DNA from: Naegleria gruberi
Lineage: Eukaryota
Assembly: GCA_000004985.1 (NCBI GenBank)
Contig: GG738925.1
DNA length: 64,000 nucleotides
Strand: one strand, 5' to 3'
Both the position numbers and the translations under genes were made by a program. How positions within the stretch are numbered: position 1 is the stretch's first letter; every line of letters begins with the position of its first letter. This document shows, one piece after another, positions 1 to 10,646 of the stretch. The notes beneath the pieces were generated by a model. The model saw only the letters and a list, made by a program, of their open reading frames with translations, was not told the DNA's origin and ran no database searches.

Positions 1-91
1 TTTCTTGATTACTGACTGTGGGTGGTTGATAAATGTTAGAGGTTGCAGTTTGTTGTGTTTTTTCTTGAGGTTGGGATAATTGTGTGCTCAT
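1..91 (-). CDS. 5' end of a gene running off the left edge (partial, MSTQLSQPQEKTQQ...)
   Basis: ATG at 91..89 (minus strand) opens a frame that stays open to position 1. There is no domain evidence, only an open frame. Confidence 0.2.
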   Translation of the reverse strand, partial: MSTQLSQPQEKTQQTATSNIYQPPTVSNQE

Positions 92-348
92 CTTTAAAAC
101 TGTTTTCTTCAATTTTTATTCTTTTTTATTCAGAAAGATTTGAATTTGTTGCCCTAATACTTGGAATGGTCAAATCAATAAAAGGATTCTTGGCATTTGG
201 GGATTGTGCGTGATTTTGTAAACTTACCGAAAGAAATGTGAAATCCAATCTAGTGATCTTGTAGTAGAGCTTACAAAAGAAGAAATTTCTTTGTTGTAAA
301 GATTAGTTGAATTAATTTACAAAAGAGGAAGTCCATGGATCTCGTGCC

Positions 349-1932
349 CTACCTTAGGCAAATAATGGACACATCTTTGGGGCATTTGACACTTATTTCA
401 AGAGCATTTTGAGAATTGATTTTGTAAAATTTACACCAACCCAACCCGAAATGACTCAAATCCAATTGAATAAATCCAAGAATCGTATCAATGAAAAAGC
501 TACTTTCACACAGCAGCGTTTCACCATTCGAAAGGAATTGTAAAGTGCCCTCAAAATGTCCAGTAATCACAAGTGGATTCACATAACTTAGTCTGTACAT
601 AATTTTTGGCCGTGTTTTAGTGAGCTTCAAAGCATCTCGACTAAATTCATAAATTTTGGAGAGAAATTTCAATTTCACTTTCTTAACGAGATGGATTTCT
701 TTTTTGTGGAAGGGAGTAATGGCGCCAAATCCTTCAAGTGGCAGATAATCATTCCTTGGCATTTTCGAATAGGATTCGTAGACAGCTGTTTCAAATCGGT
801 AAATGAATCTTTTTTCATCAAAGATTGATTTCTTTTTCTTTGCTCTTCCAATCCAAGTATTTTTCTTCACTTCCAATCCAATTGTTGCATTTCCTCTGCA
901 ATTAGTTACCATATTGTGATAGTTTAGAGCTAGCGATGGATGGAATTTGGACACTAGCTGACATGCCGAATAGAATGAAATGTTACTGAGACGTATTCTT
1001 TGAGCTTTCAGAGGGGGTTTAAGATAATTGTTGAAATCCACATAATACCTCATTGCATCAATCTTTTCATAATTCACATTTTCAACATTGTAAATGGCAT
1101 TTCCAAATATTACTTTGAAAAACATGAATAATATCTTGGAATTTGATAGAATGGCACCTCTTCCAGTCTTGATTGAGTAGGAAATCTTTTTCTCTTTCCA
1201 ATATTTAAATAACTTATCAGTTCCACCATAAATTTCAAAAACTCCATTCAGCAATCCATTAGAAACCTTTTCATCTGAAAATGTAATCAATTCTGTTAGA
1301 AATCCTTGCTTAAACCTCGTTGATATGTTATCTGGTTTGTCATATTTCCACTCAAGTGAACTATTCTCATTCCATCCTTTCAAATCAGATTTACAAATCA
1401 ATTTCATTCTCAGAACAGCTTGTTTAGAAATCCAAATTTCCAATCTGTGAATTAACATATTTGTCTTGATTGGTTCCCAACACATTACCTCACATTCCAC
1501 TGGCATTTGAATTACAAATTCTGCTTCAATAGTCAACCCCAGAGACTCCTCAATTTTAACTCTTTTCAATTGTGAATCCAAAATTTCATTTCTAAATTCC
1601 TTCTTTAATTTGCCGACAAGATTTTCGACATTTTCAATTTGTGGTGGATGTCTCTTGATGAATAGCAATATTTCATCCAGTGTTATTAATTTGGATCGGG
1701 TGATGCTATTCCACAATGAACCAAGAAAGGAATCTTGAAATTGTTTCTTTAATTCAATCGTGAATGTGTCATAATCGATAATTTGATTTTTAGCATCTTT
1801 GCTAATTGATGATGATGCCTCCGATAGTGCAAATTTGCTAATAACTGATGTGAATATTATTGTAAACAATTCTACAAGTCTATTGTGATTACAACAGAAG
1901 AAACCCATCACTAACGATGAACACTTCGGCAC
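349..1932 (-). CDS. hypothetical protein (~520 aa)
   Basis: Long ORF with coding-like composition. The track start at 1932 is GTG; the first ATG is about 24 nt downstream (MGFFCC...). No domain recognised. Confidence 0.5.
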   Translation of the reverse strand: MPKCSSLVMGFFCCNHNRLVELFTIIFTSVISKFALSEASSSISKDAKNQIIDYDTFTIELKKQFQDSFLGSLWNSITRSKLITLDEILLFIKRHPPQIENVENLVGKLKKEFRNEILDSQLKRVKIEESLGLTIEAEFVIQMPVECEVMCWEPIKTNMLIHRLEIWISKQAVLRMKLICKSDLKGWNENSSLEWKYDKPDNISTRFKQGFLTELITFSDEKVSNGLLNGVFEIYGGTDKLFKYWKEKKISYSIKTGRGAILSNSKILFMFFKVIFGNAIYNVENVNYEKIDAMRYYVDFNNYLKPPLKAQRIRLSNISFYSACQLVSKFHPSLALNYHNMVTNCRGNATIGLEVKKNTWIGRAKKKKSIFDEKRFIYRFETAVYESYSKMPRNDYLPLEGFGAITPFHKKEIHLVKKVKLKFLSKIYEFSRDALKLTKTRPKIMYRLSYVNPLVITGHFEGTLQFLSNGETLLCESSFFIDTILGFIQLDLSHFGLGWCKFYKINSQNALEISVKCPKDVSIICLR

Positions 1933-2071
1933 TTATTTCAGGATGCAACACAAAATGCTGAAACTTCCAGCAATTTCTGGTTTGGCGCCATAATTATGAA
2001 AGATGATGAAAATCTCACACGTCCTAACCATATCTTCACACAAAACAAAAAAACCACACAACAACCACACA

Positions 2072-2512
2072 ATGGCCACCAATTTTTTAACCATCACCAA
2101 GGAACAACTCCAAACTTCACCGAATGGCCGTGAATATTCAGCACAAGTTTCCGGAAGAGGCATTCCATTCCTCTTGAAAAAGGTTCATATTAACATTGAA
2201 TTGGAAAATGATGAAGATCCATCCATTGTTGATTCACTCCTCACTATTGCTAATGACATGTTACAAAAATTGGATGTGTATGCTGCCAAGGCCACTGAAG
2301 AATTGTACGAACTTTTCAATGATGAGTGGAATGAGGAAGGAGAAGAAGTTTCCAAGGAAGATTTTGCAAAGAGATTAAAGTTGGAATCTTTAATCGTCAA
2401 AAGTTCATCAAGATTGGTCTATTTTGATGATGGAGAACTTTTCTGTGGTCACGTTATTGAAGTCAATATTGATAATGAAGGAAATGTTGAAAGTGCTGAC
2501 ATTGCTGGATAA
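2072..2512 (+). CDS. hypothetical acidic protein (MATNFLTITKEQ..., ~146 aa)
   Basis: ORF 2003..2512. The true ATG is most likely at 2072 (cacaATGG context). The gene is divergent from the 349..1932 gene. Confidence 0.45.
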   Translation: MATNFLTITKEQLQTSPNGREYSAQVSGRGIPFLLKKVHINIELENDEDPSIVDSLLTIANDMLQKLDVYAAKATEELYELFNDEWNEEGEEVSKEDFAKRLKLESLIVKSSSRLVYFDDGELFCGHVIEVNIDNEGNVESADIAG

Positions 2513-2613
2513 ATTTCAAGAGATTGATTCCAAAACACTTTCAAAGTGCATTACAAAGTACAATATTAAAGAAGATTTCTTATTTTACAAAGTATAAATA
2601 CATTTGGTTCCAA

Positions 2614-3431
2614 TTATTCTTGTTGTTGTTTCTTGGCCAAAGCTACGATATTGTACAAATATTGTTCAGGATTCAAACTCATATAATTCTTGACAACCTT
2701 GATTGCATCCTTCAATAAATCACCAGAAGAAGCTCCTCTATTCATTGGGAACTTTCTTCTACCATCCAATTCAAATACATGGCCATTCTTTTCGACGAAA
2801 CAAACAAAATGCAAATCTGTTACTTCCACAACTTCACTTTGATTTTGTTCGGAAAGGGCACTACTTTCGTGAGCTTCCTCAACTCTCTTATCACCTTCCA
2901 ATGATTTGGCAATTTCTTCAGAACTCTTTCCTACATTTCCATTGATGAAATCTTGCAAAAAGCTTGAACTTGCAACTTGTAATGATTTGATATTGTTGGC
3001 CAAGGAGTGAATAATGGCAACAGTACCACATGCATTTCCTATTCATTGATTCTTAGATTAGACTTCTTCTTCAATAATTACTTACCAATAGTTTGCTTCA
3101 TAAAGAATAATTCCTTTGGAATGGAGTCTTGATTCTTTTCCATTTCTTCATCTTCCTTTTGTTGGAGGTTTTGATTTTCCTTGGTCAAAGGAAACAACAA
3201 CAAGACGGAAATCACAGGCTTTGGAACCATATCCAACAATTCATCATCCAACCCGAAAACATCACAATATTCATAATCGCCTCCCAAGCCTAATTTATTA
3301 GCATAATTATTCATGAGCTCTGGATTTGACTCCAATGGAAACCAAGCTTTTAGATTTTAAGCACAAGAAGTAATAATTTAAGATCAAAATAAATAAATTT
3401 CATCAAGCCTCTTTGATAACATACTCTTCAT
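2614..3431 (-). CDS. ubiquitin C-terminal hydrolase, UCH-L1/L3 family (peptidase C12). Exons: complement(join(2614..3038,3086..3346,3425..3431)).
   Basis: Translation MKT|WFPLESNPELMNNYANKLGL...FFMKQTIG|NACGTVAIIHSLANN... matches the UCH-L3 N-terminus (WLPLEANPEV...MKQTISNACGT) with the catalytic Cys in NACGT. The ORF-track pieces 3078..3335 and 2614..3003 are joined by a 47-nt GTAAGT...AATAG intron. A 7-nt first exon (ATGAAGA) is joined by a 78-nt GTATGT...AAAAG intron. Confidence 0.85.
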
Positions 3432-3534
3432 TTTTTTTTTAATGATTTATTTTTAGAATTATTTTCCAGATTTGAATTGAACCAAACAAATTTTTTGTAA
3501 CAAGTTCATACTGTATTGTAATTAATAATTTATT

Positions 3535-4587
3535 TTAGTTCAATAATTCACTAAGGGAAAGTCGTGTTCTACCTTTCCTCATGTTTTCTATTTTTTTTGG
3601 TTTTTCAATTTTCAATTTCTTGTAAGAGTTTCGTCCATAGGTTTGTTTAATATCCGAAATGAGATCTTTCATTAAGGGAACTTGAAAAAAACTGTATTCT
3701 AATGTATCAATATCCGTTTTCAATTCATTTTTCACTGAGGTTGGCAAATAGGTTAAAATCTGTTGAAAGAATTCAACAAGAATAATTTCCAAAATAGAAT
3801 CGTGATTGAATGTTTCGTCTATTCCACAATATCCAACTGGTTCATATTTGTAATTGAAAATAGATTCAATTATGTTAAACCGAGAATGGTGGGTCAATGA
3901 TAGAGAGTATTTTTCCATTTCAAAGAATTGTAAATCATTAATATAAATTCCATATTTATCAACTTTCACTAATAATGGATATCCACAAAATGTAAATAAA
4001 ACAAACTCCCATTCCTTTTGTTCAGATCCAACGTCCTTGGTATAAACTATTCCTCTACAATTCTTAATCCTAAATAATATATCGTCCATATCTAAGAATG
4101 AAATTTCCATCTCTGGAATAATTTGGTTATGGCTATCATATATTAAATTAATATCTTTCAATGTATTTTTCACATATTGCTCATTAACAAGCATTCTTTT
4201 ATCCAAAGAATTTATAATCTTTTGAAATTTGTCAATATTCTCATCGAAACCATAATAAACTAAACTCAATATTTCCAACACATGTTTGTACTTATTCACA
4301 AGTTTAAATTTCTTCCCAAAAGAACCACTATAATTTTTTGTAAATATATTAACAATCTCCTCGAATGACACAGGATTAGCAAATAAATATTCCAAATAGC
4401 CTTGTCCATACAAATCCAATTTAAAAAACAAGCAAATATATTCCTTGCAAAAACTCTCTCGATTCAACACTTGCCTCCATATTTTACAGACTTGAGAGGA
4501 GTGAACAAAGGTATCGGGTGTCGTATACAATAGAATACTATGCACCAGATCGGCATAGAGGTTATTGCCACTTCTTTGTGCTGACAT
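3535..4587 (-). CDS. F-box-like protein (hypothetical)
   Basis: ORF 3535..4608. The true ATG is at 4587 (aaaaaaaaATG). The N-terminal segment LYADLVHSILLYTTPDTFVHSSQVCKIWRQVL resembles an F-box. Confidence 0.5.
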   Translation of the reverse strand: MSAQRSGNNLYADLVHSILLYTTPDTFVHSSQVCKIWRQVLNRESFCKEYICLFFKLDLYGQGYLEYLFANPVSFEEIVNIFTKNYSGSFGKKFKLVNKYKHVLEILSLVYYGFDENIDKFQKIINSLDKRMLVNEQYVKNTLKDINLIYDSHNQIIPEMEISFLDMDDILFRIKNCRGIVYTKDVGSEQKEWEFVLFTFCGYPLLVKVDKYGIYINDLQFFEMEKYSLSLTHHSRFNIIESIFNYKYEPVGYCGIDETFNHDSILEIILVEFFQQILTYLPTSVKNELKTDIDTLEYSFFQVPLMKDLISDIKQTYGRNSYKKLKIEKPKKIENMRKGRTRLSLSELLN

Positions 4588-4727
4588 TTTTTTTTGTAAC
4601 AAAGTCAATTAACAACAGGTTGATTCAAGACAACTAAAGTTATCCATTATGATTCAAATCTTGTTTAGAAACTTTGCCATCAATGTAGTCAACTCGTCAA
4701 TCATAAATAGAATTTCATTGTAAAAAA

Positions 4728-6062
4728 ATGGCACAACATGAAAATGTAATCCTTCTTCTCGATATCAGCATTTCATCATTTCTCTGGGTAGGAAAGTTTG
4801 TTATGCATCGGAAAATTCTAAAACTCATTCCAAACTATCCGTGTCTAGCGTGTGTCTTTACTCCGAATGAAATTGCACTTCGGAAAGAAGCAATTAGAAG
4901 GATGATGGGAAAAGTTCCACCAATGCTCGTTCCCAAGTGTTTTTCTTTTGGAAAAAATGAAAAGGAAGAGGAAAATATATTAGAAATTATATTGGAAAGG
5001 GATATTTCAATATTTGATGGAACATTGATATTTTCATTAAGAAACAATGAAAGAATTTGTGAGGAAATTGTAAAGAAGGATGGATTGAAATTGGCCATGA
5101 TGAGTTTGAATTTAAAAAGTAATGAAAATATTGTAAGAAATGCAGTTCAGCAAAATGGAATGGCTTTACAATTTGCTCATTACAAATTGAGGAGGAATAG
5201 AGAAATAGTTTGTTTAGCTCTAGATCAGAATGGAATGGCTTTACAATATGCTGCCAAAGAATTGAGACAGGAGTTGGAAATTGTATTGAGAGCTGTTTCA
5301 CAAAATGGTAGTGCTTTTTCATACGCCATGTGTCACAGGACCAAAAAAACAAGAAGTAGACGAAAGGTTTCTCTTAAACTCGATCCTCAAGTGATTGAAA
5401 CAGCTGTTAAAAGTGGAGCTGCACTATCAGGATACACCAAACAAGTCAGAGAGTTGAGAGAAAATCCAAATGTTGCCTTGCAATGCATAAGAAATGGTAA
5501 TTCAATCTTTTCAGTTAGTGTCAGACTAAGGGAAGACCCAGAATTTAAAACACTTGCCGATCAAGCTCGTAATGAATTTGTTCAAAAGATTATACTTTCA
5601 AAAAGTTCTCAATTTTTGAATCATGTTTCTCCTCCACGAACTAAAACTCCATACGAATCCTTAAAGGAATTATATATCAATAGTGGATTCGATTACAGGA
5701 AAGATCCAGAAATGATTGCTTATGCTTCACGATTTTCAGGCTCAATAGACAGAGAACGAGTTCTAAAATCAATTAGGAAAATTCCACTGACATTAGTTTT
5801 CATGGATTATTATGCAGATGAAGACGAATTTCTTGAAACAGCTTTGAAATATTTGGATGGTTCACATGTTTCATTGTTCGAAACGTTTTTTGCTAAAGTT
5901 TTTAATTCAAAGTCCAGAATGGATTTACTACTGAGATCAGTTGAGGAAAATATTGAGATTGTGAAATATCTCAGCACTACAAAGATTGTTGGACAATATG
6001 AATTTATGGAAAAGGTTATTCGAATCATACTGAAAAAGATGACTAAGAAACCATACCATTGA
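4728..6062 (+). CDS. repeat protein with tandem ~35-aa repeats (NGMALQFA...ELRxxxEIVLxAVxQNG...), DUF4116-like
   Basis: 444-aa ORF with ATG in A-rich context and several copies of an ALQYAxxELRxxxEIV repeat. The family name is from memory and unverified. Confidence 0.5.
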   Translation: MAQHENVILLLDISISSFLWVGKFVMHRKILKLIPNYPCLACVFTPNEIALRKEAIRRMMGKVPPMLVPKCFSFGKNEKEEENILEIILERDISIFDGTLIFSLRNNERICEEIVKKDGLKLAMMSLNLKSNENIVRNAVQQNGMALQFAHYKLRRNREIVCLALDQNGMALQYAAKELRQELEIVLRAVSQNGSAFSYAMCHRTKKTRSRRKVSLKLDPQVIETAVKSGAALSGYTKQVRELRENPNVALQCIRNGNSIFSVSVRLREDPEFKTLADQARNEFVQKIILSKSSQFLNHVSPPRTKTPYESLKELYINSGFDYRKDPEMIAYASRFSGSIDRERVLKSIRKIPLTLVFMDYYADEDEFLETALKYLDGSHVSLFETFFAKVFNSKSRMDLLLRSVEENIEIVKYLSTTKIVGQYEFMEKVIRIILKKMTKKPYH

Positions 6063-6146
6063 ACAAAAGATATTAGAAAGGCAGTAGATAAAGAATATGA
6101 ATATTAGTTCAAAGTTCCTGACATTCGAATAAAACACATCAAAAAA

Positions 6147-8754
6147 ATGGGCAAAGTATTTGTATGGGGAGGCACCATTCTCACGAAACCAACTCTCGTT
6201 TCTTTTCTCTCACACATGAACGTGATTCAAGTGGGAACAAATAATAGGGATCACTTTTATGTGTTAACAGATATCGGAGAAGTTTTAACATTTACAATTC
6301 ATGATGTTTCTCGTGAGAGTAGTAAATTTACAAAGATTGATTTTGAATTGGGAGTAAAGGAAAAAATCATCATGATTGCACCATCTGATTATGGAGTTTT
6401 TGCCTTGACGAATTTTGGGAAAATTGTAACGTATTTGGCTAAGAATGGAAATTCATTCAATCGTTATGAAAAACAGATTTTCAATCCGATGGTTACATTG
6501 GATGCATCTAAAATTGTAAAGATTAGTTCAGGAGGACATGATTCATTGATTTTGGAAAGAGGTTAGTTTAGTTTGAATAAGCTTTTAACGAAGAGATATC
6601 AGAAAGTGGAATGAAAACAGTTGTTTCAACTCGTAATACTACATCCGATGAACCGTATTCCTCTGCACCTTTATTAGAAATGAAAGTTCCTTTTGTAACT
6701 TCATCGAATTATGCAACATATTACACAGATGGAAATGATGATTCAGTGTTGCATCAGATGACTGATAATCAATATTCACTTTATTATTCGAGTAACAGAA
6801 CTATAATAGATCATATTGGAATTAATAATTGGGTGGGAGGTTCTGCCAGACATCATCACTCCCTCTTTATTTCCTGTAAGTTTTAAATTTAGTGAAATTA
6901 TGGAGTGATTGGAATTTCTGTATAATAGCTGATGGATTAGTTTATTCTTTGGGAAAAAATTACGAAACCTTACTGTGTGGAGAGACAATGATGGAAGATA
7001 AAAAGATTACCAAATTGAGTGTGCTAAGGAATGTGGAAAATGTCTATCAATGCAAAGACTATTTAGAAATTCATGGAAAGAATAAGCATTACTTTTCACT
7101 TGCTAGAACCAAGACAGGGCAATTGTTTTCATGGGGAGGAAATGCTGAAAAGCAATTAGGGATATCGTCAGATAGGAAATATGCGATATTCCCTTGTTTA
7201 ATTACAGCTCTATATGGAATGAGTAAGTTTCATTTTTATAGCAGACTTTTAATCTTTCGTATAGAAATTGCACAAGCAGACTGTGGATATAGTGTAGCTA
7301 TTGCTCTGTCAGAGAATTACTCAACTGCCTTTTCAGAACTGTTAAATAAGGAAACACTTAGTGATTTGAAAATTGAGCTCTATGCTAACAACACATCAGA
7401 AACAAAAGTAATTTATTTACACAAATGTATATTATTGGCTAGATGCCCTACCTTACTAAGTTTAATTTTGAGCGGTAAACTAAACTATTTCTTGAGGAAA
7501 CTATTGATAGATTCACAAGCAAATTATGAAAATTACCAAAACAGAGAGAACCTTAAAAATTCAGAACAAGTCACTTCGAGAATAGATTGTACAGATCCTG
7601 AGGACAATGAGGATCATATTGCGAATGTTTACAATTCTTTTTTAGTTGTGCTACACTACCTATATGTTGATGATTTGGATTTTTTATCAATGGATTTAGA
7701 TAAGAATAGAGAAAATGTGGCAATGGTACAAGAGCTCATTAATTTTTTCTACTTCCTCGAGCTGAATTATTTCAATGATGAAACTTTTGTGAGTTATAGT
7801 ATGGCACTGAGTTGTAATATTGATCATTCTCTTTTGAAATCATTTAAGGAATGGAACTTTTCATCGAGGAAATTGGAAAATATGTCTCAAAACAATAGAA
7901 TGATGAGAGCATTTGCTTTGGATAGTTCCAATTCAAATATTGATACAAAGTTTGCTGAGCAGAGAATTGGAGCTCACATGCTTTCAATTATGGGAAAAGA
8001 GGATACTTGTGATGATTACAAATTATCGCTTCAGAGCAAAGATGGTTCACTCAATGTTTCCCTACCACTTCACAAGGTCATTCTAACAAATTCCATTGAA
8101 TTTTTCAAGGGAGTATTCGAATCCAATATGGAAGAGGAAAAGAGAGGTGAAATGCATTTGACCATGGATTCAAGTGAAGATTTATATCTATTCCAATTAG
8201 AAAATGTCATTCCTCTCCTTTATCATGCTTATTGTGGATCCAATTCTGAGAATGTGCAATACCTATTCATGGATCAATTCGATGCCAACCTCACATTATC
8301 AAATGCATGTGAATGCTTGGCAGTGGCCAATTATTTTGCATCACGAGAGTTTAAAGCTTCATGTGAAACTTTCATTTCCAAATTTATAGCAGTTGAGAAT
8401 GCAATTCCTCTTCTCCTTGTCTGTGAAACACACGAAGCATACAGTCTCAAAGAGCTTGTCATTGATTTTGCAGCTTCACATTTCGAATCGATTCAATTAA
8501 TTCAAGAGTTTCATGATGAAATTTCTGAGGAAATTCGAGAACATGTCAAGAAATTGGCTAGAAAGAGATCCAAGAAGATTTTGGACAGAAATATTTTGGA
8601 AAAGTATTGGAGGAATGAAATTAAGGAACAGGAGCTTTTTTATGAACCGAAACCTGCCACATCAAGTAGCTCATCTACAACTTCTACCACTCAATCCTCG
8701 AATAGAACAAGAAAACCTTCGATATTTTCCCGACTTTTCAAAGCATTCCAATAA
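6147..8754 (+). CDS. RCC1-repeat plus double BTB/POZ protein (IBtk/RCBTB-like). Exons: join(6147..6561,6603..6875,6929..7222,7265..8754).
   Basis: RCC1-type beta-propeller motifs (VFVWGG, DGLVYSLGKN, GQLFSWGGNAEKQLG). Two BTB cores (DLKIELYANN...KCILLARCPTL; DDYKLSLQSKDG...HKVILTNSIEFF). Three ORF-track pieces are joined by GTTAGT/GTAAGT introns of 41, 53 and 42 nt. The 53-nt acceptor was chosen because it restores the RCC1 consensus HSLFISSDGLVYSLGKN. Confidence 0.65.
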
Positions 8755-8984
8755 TTTTGTCACTTTGGAATTAGAAATAATTCGAAAGGAATCGAATGAG
8801 ACCTTAGTTGATAATATTAATACTAATCTTCAATTAACAAGAAAATTCAAAACTTTTTGAATCAATAATAGGCAAAGTTCTTTCACTTTCTACAGTCTTG
8901 AAAAGACTTTTGATTTAATATTTCATTAAAGATTGAAAATTATGAAATTTTACTTTTTCAAAATTTTGAAAAATCTAAAAAAAA

Positions 8985-10569
8985 ATGTCAGCATCACAAA
9001 TAGAAGCAAAAGAGGATCAGAGAGCACAAATCGTGATTCCTATTAATAAAAACTTGAGTAAACACGTTTGGATTAGAGGCTTTACCAATTACAACATCAG
9101 TAGACAGACAACAAATGCAGGAATGATTTTTCTTCCCTCTCCGATTTCATCAAGAAGGAAAACCAAAGTAGCCTTCGGATCAACAGATTATTTTGAGAAA
9201 TTAAATGTTGAACGGTTATATTCATTCATGGGATATGATACTTGGTATTCTAATATAGTAGAGGTTCCGTTTATTGAATTTTCAAGATTGTCATTGTTTG
9301 ATGATTCGGAATCTTCAGAAGAAATGAATGATCAAGCAGTAGAGAATGTAGATAATGTAAAGAATGTAGAGAATGTAATGGTTGATGATCTTGTTGAGGA
9401 TGAATATTTGAATGATGATGATGAATGGATGGACGATGATGTTGATGATGAATCATCTGTAATAGAGATTGTGCCAGTTAATGTTGAAGCAAGTGTGGCT
9501 GAACAAGTTAAGGAAATGAGAGCCGAGCAAGAGAAAATTAGATTTAGAAAATTAATACAGCCAAAACAATTGCTGTCGACAAATTTCAGTGGTACATATT
9601 ATCCACCTGGAAGAATATTTCAATCAGTTTGTATTGATGAAAGGAATAATAATGTTTATGTTTATGGAGGATTTTCAGGGAATAGATCTCCTTGTTCTCT
9701 CATTACAAGATTTTCAATTGAAGGTAACGAATTAAAAGTTGAGGATTTAACTGATTCTTTCCAATTAGTAGAAGCAACAGAAGCCAAAGACAAGCTTGGT
9801 AAAACACCTTTCAGAGAGGGACATACGGCAGTAATAAGGAAAGGAAAAATGTATGTTTTGGCAGGAAATGCTCAACGAACAGGAACTTTTGAAAAGGAAT
9901 TGTTGGAATTTGATTTGGAAAAAGGAAATATCAAACCCTACCAGACAATTTGCCTAGGAAAACCATTCACACCAAGAGCTTATCACTCTGCTACATATAT
10001 TGAAAAACGAGATGTCATGTGTGGTACGTTTTTTATTCCTTGTCAAGGTATATTAATTTTAATCTGGACAATATTCATCAATAGTTTATGGAGGTAAGAT
10101 GAAGCCAGGATTACAGTCAGGGGTTTCGAATGAACTATTCTTGTTTCATTTTCAAACTCATACTTGGGAAAATATTGAGCTTAGAGATTTCATTTTCCCA
10201 CCTCTTTCAGGTCATTACATTTTCAAAATTAATAATGATAATATAGGGATCATAGGAGGAGTGTCAAAACCATACTCGGAAGAAAAAGAAGATTTAAATT
10301 CAAATCTATTTGTTTACAACTTGGAGTATAATTCATTTTCGGCCATAGATTTGGGACCTTATGGATTCAATGGGAGATATAGCATGCCAGCAGCTTTCAG
10401 TGCATCAAATCAACTATTAGCTATTGGGGCTGGAAACACCAGTTACAGAGAGGGTGATTTTACAGTCATTTATTTTGAAACTGTGGAAACCAATAGCGAA
10501 CATTTTGTCAAACCATTGTTGTTGAATTCCTTTGACGATGTATCAATAATTTGTCAAACTATGGAATAA
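8985..10569 (+). CDS. Kelch-repeat (galactose-oxidase-like beta-propeller) protein. Exons: join(8985..10023,10085..10569).
   Basis: Kelch hallmarks VYVYGGFSG, KMYVLAGN and DVMC|VYGGK restored across a 61-nt GTACGT...CAATAG intron. There is an acidic low-complexity N-terminal half. Confidence 0.7.
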
Positions 10570-10646
10570 ATTCATCTGTACAGTTTGGAATCAGTGACAA
10601 TTTATGAAGGACAATTTACTTTAGACACTAGTTCATGCTGTAATTT

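Noticed and set aside
1933-2163. 76-aa ORF immediately upstream of, and abutting, the 349..1932 gene on the minus strand
   Set aside because: It overlaps the 5' end of the plus-strand 2072..2512 gene, has no ATG-context support, and is probably 5'-UTR or promoter sequence of the divergent gene pair.
6876-6892. 17-nt GTAAGT…TTTAG candidate intron in the RCC1-BTB gene
   Set aside because: It is far shorter than every other intron in the window. The 53-nt alternative (6876..6928) is equally in phase and yields a better RCC1 consensus.
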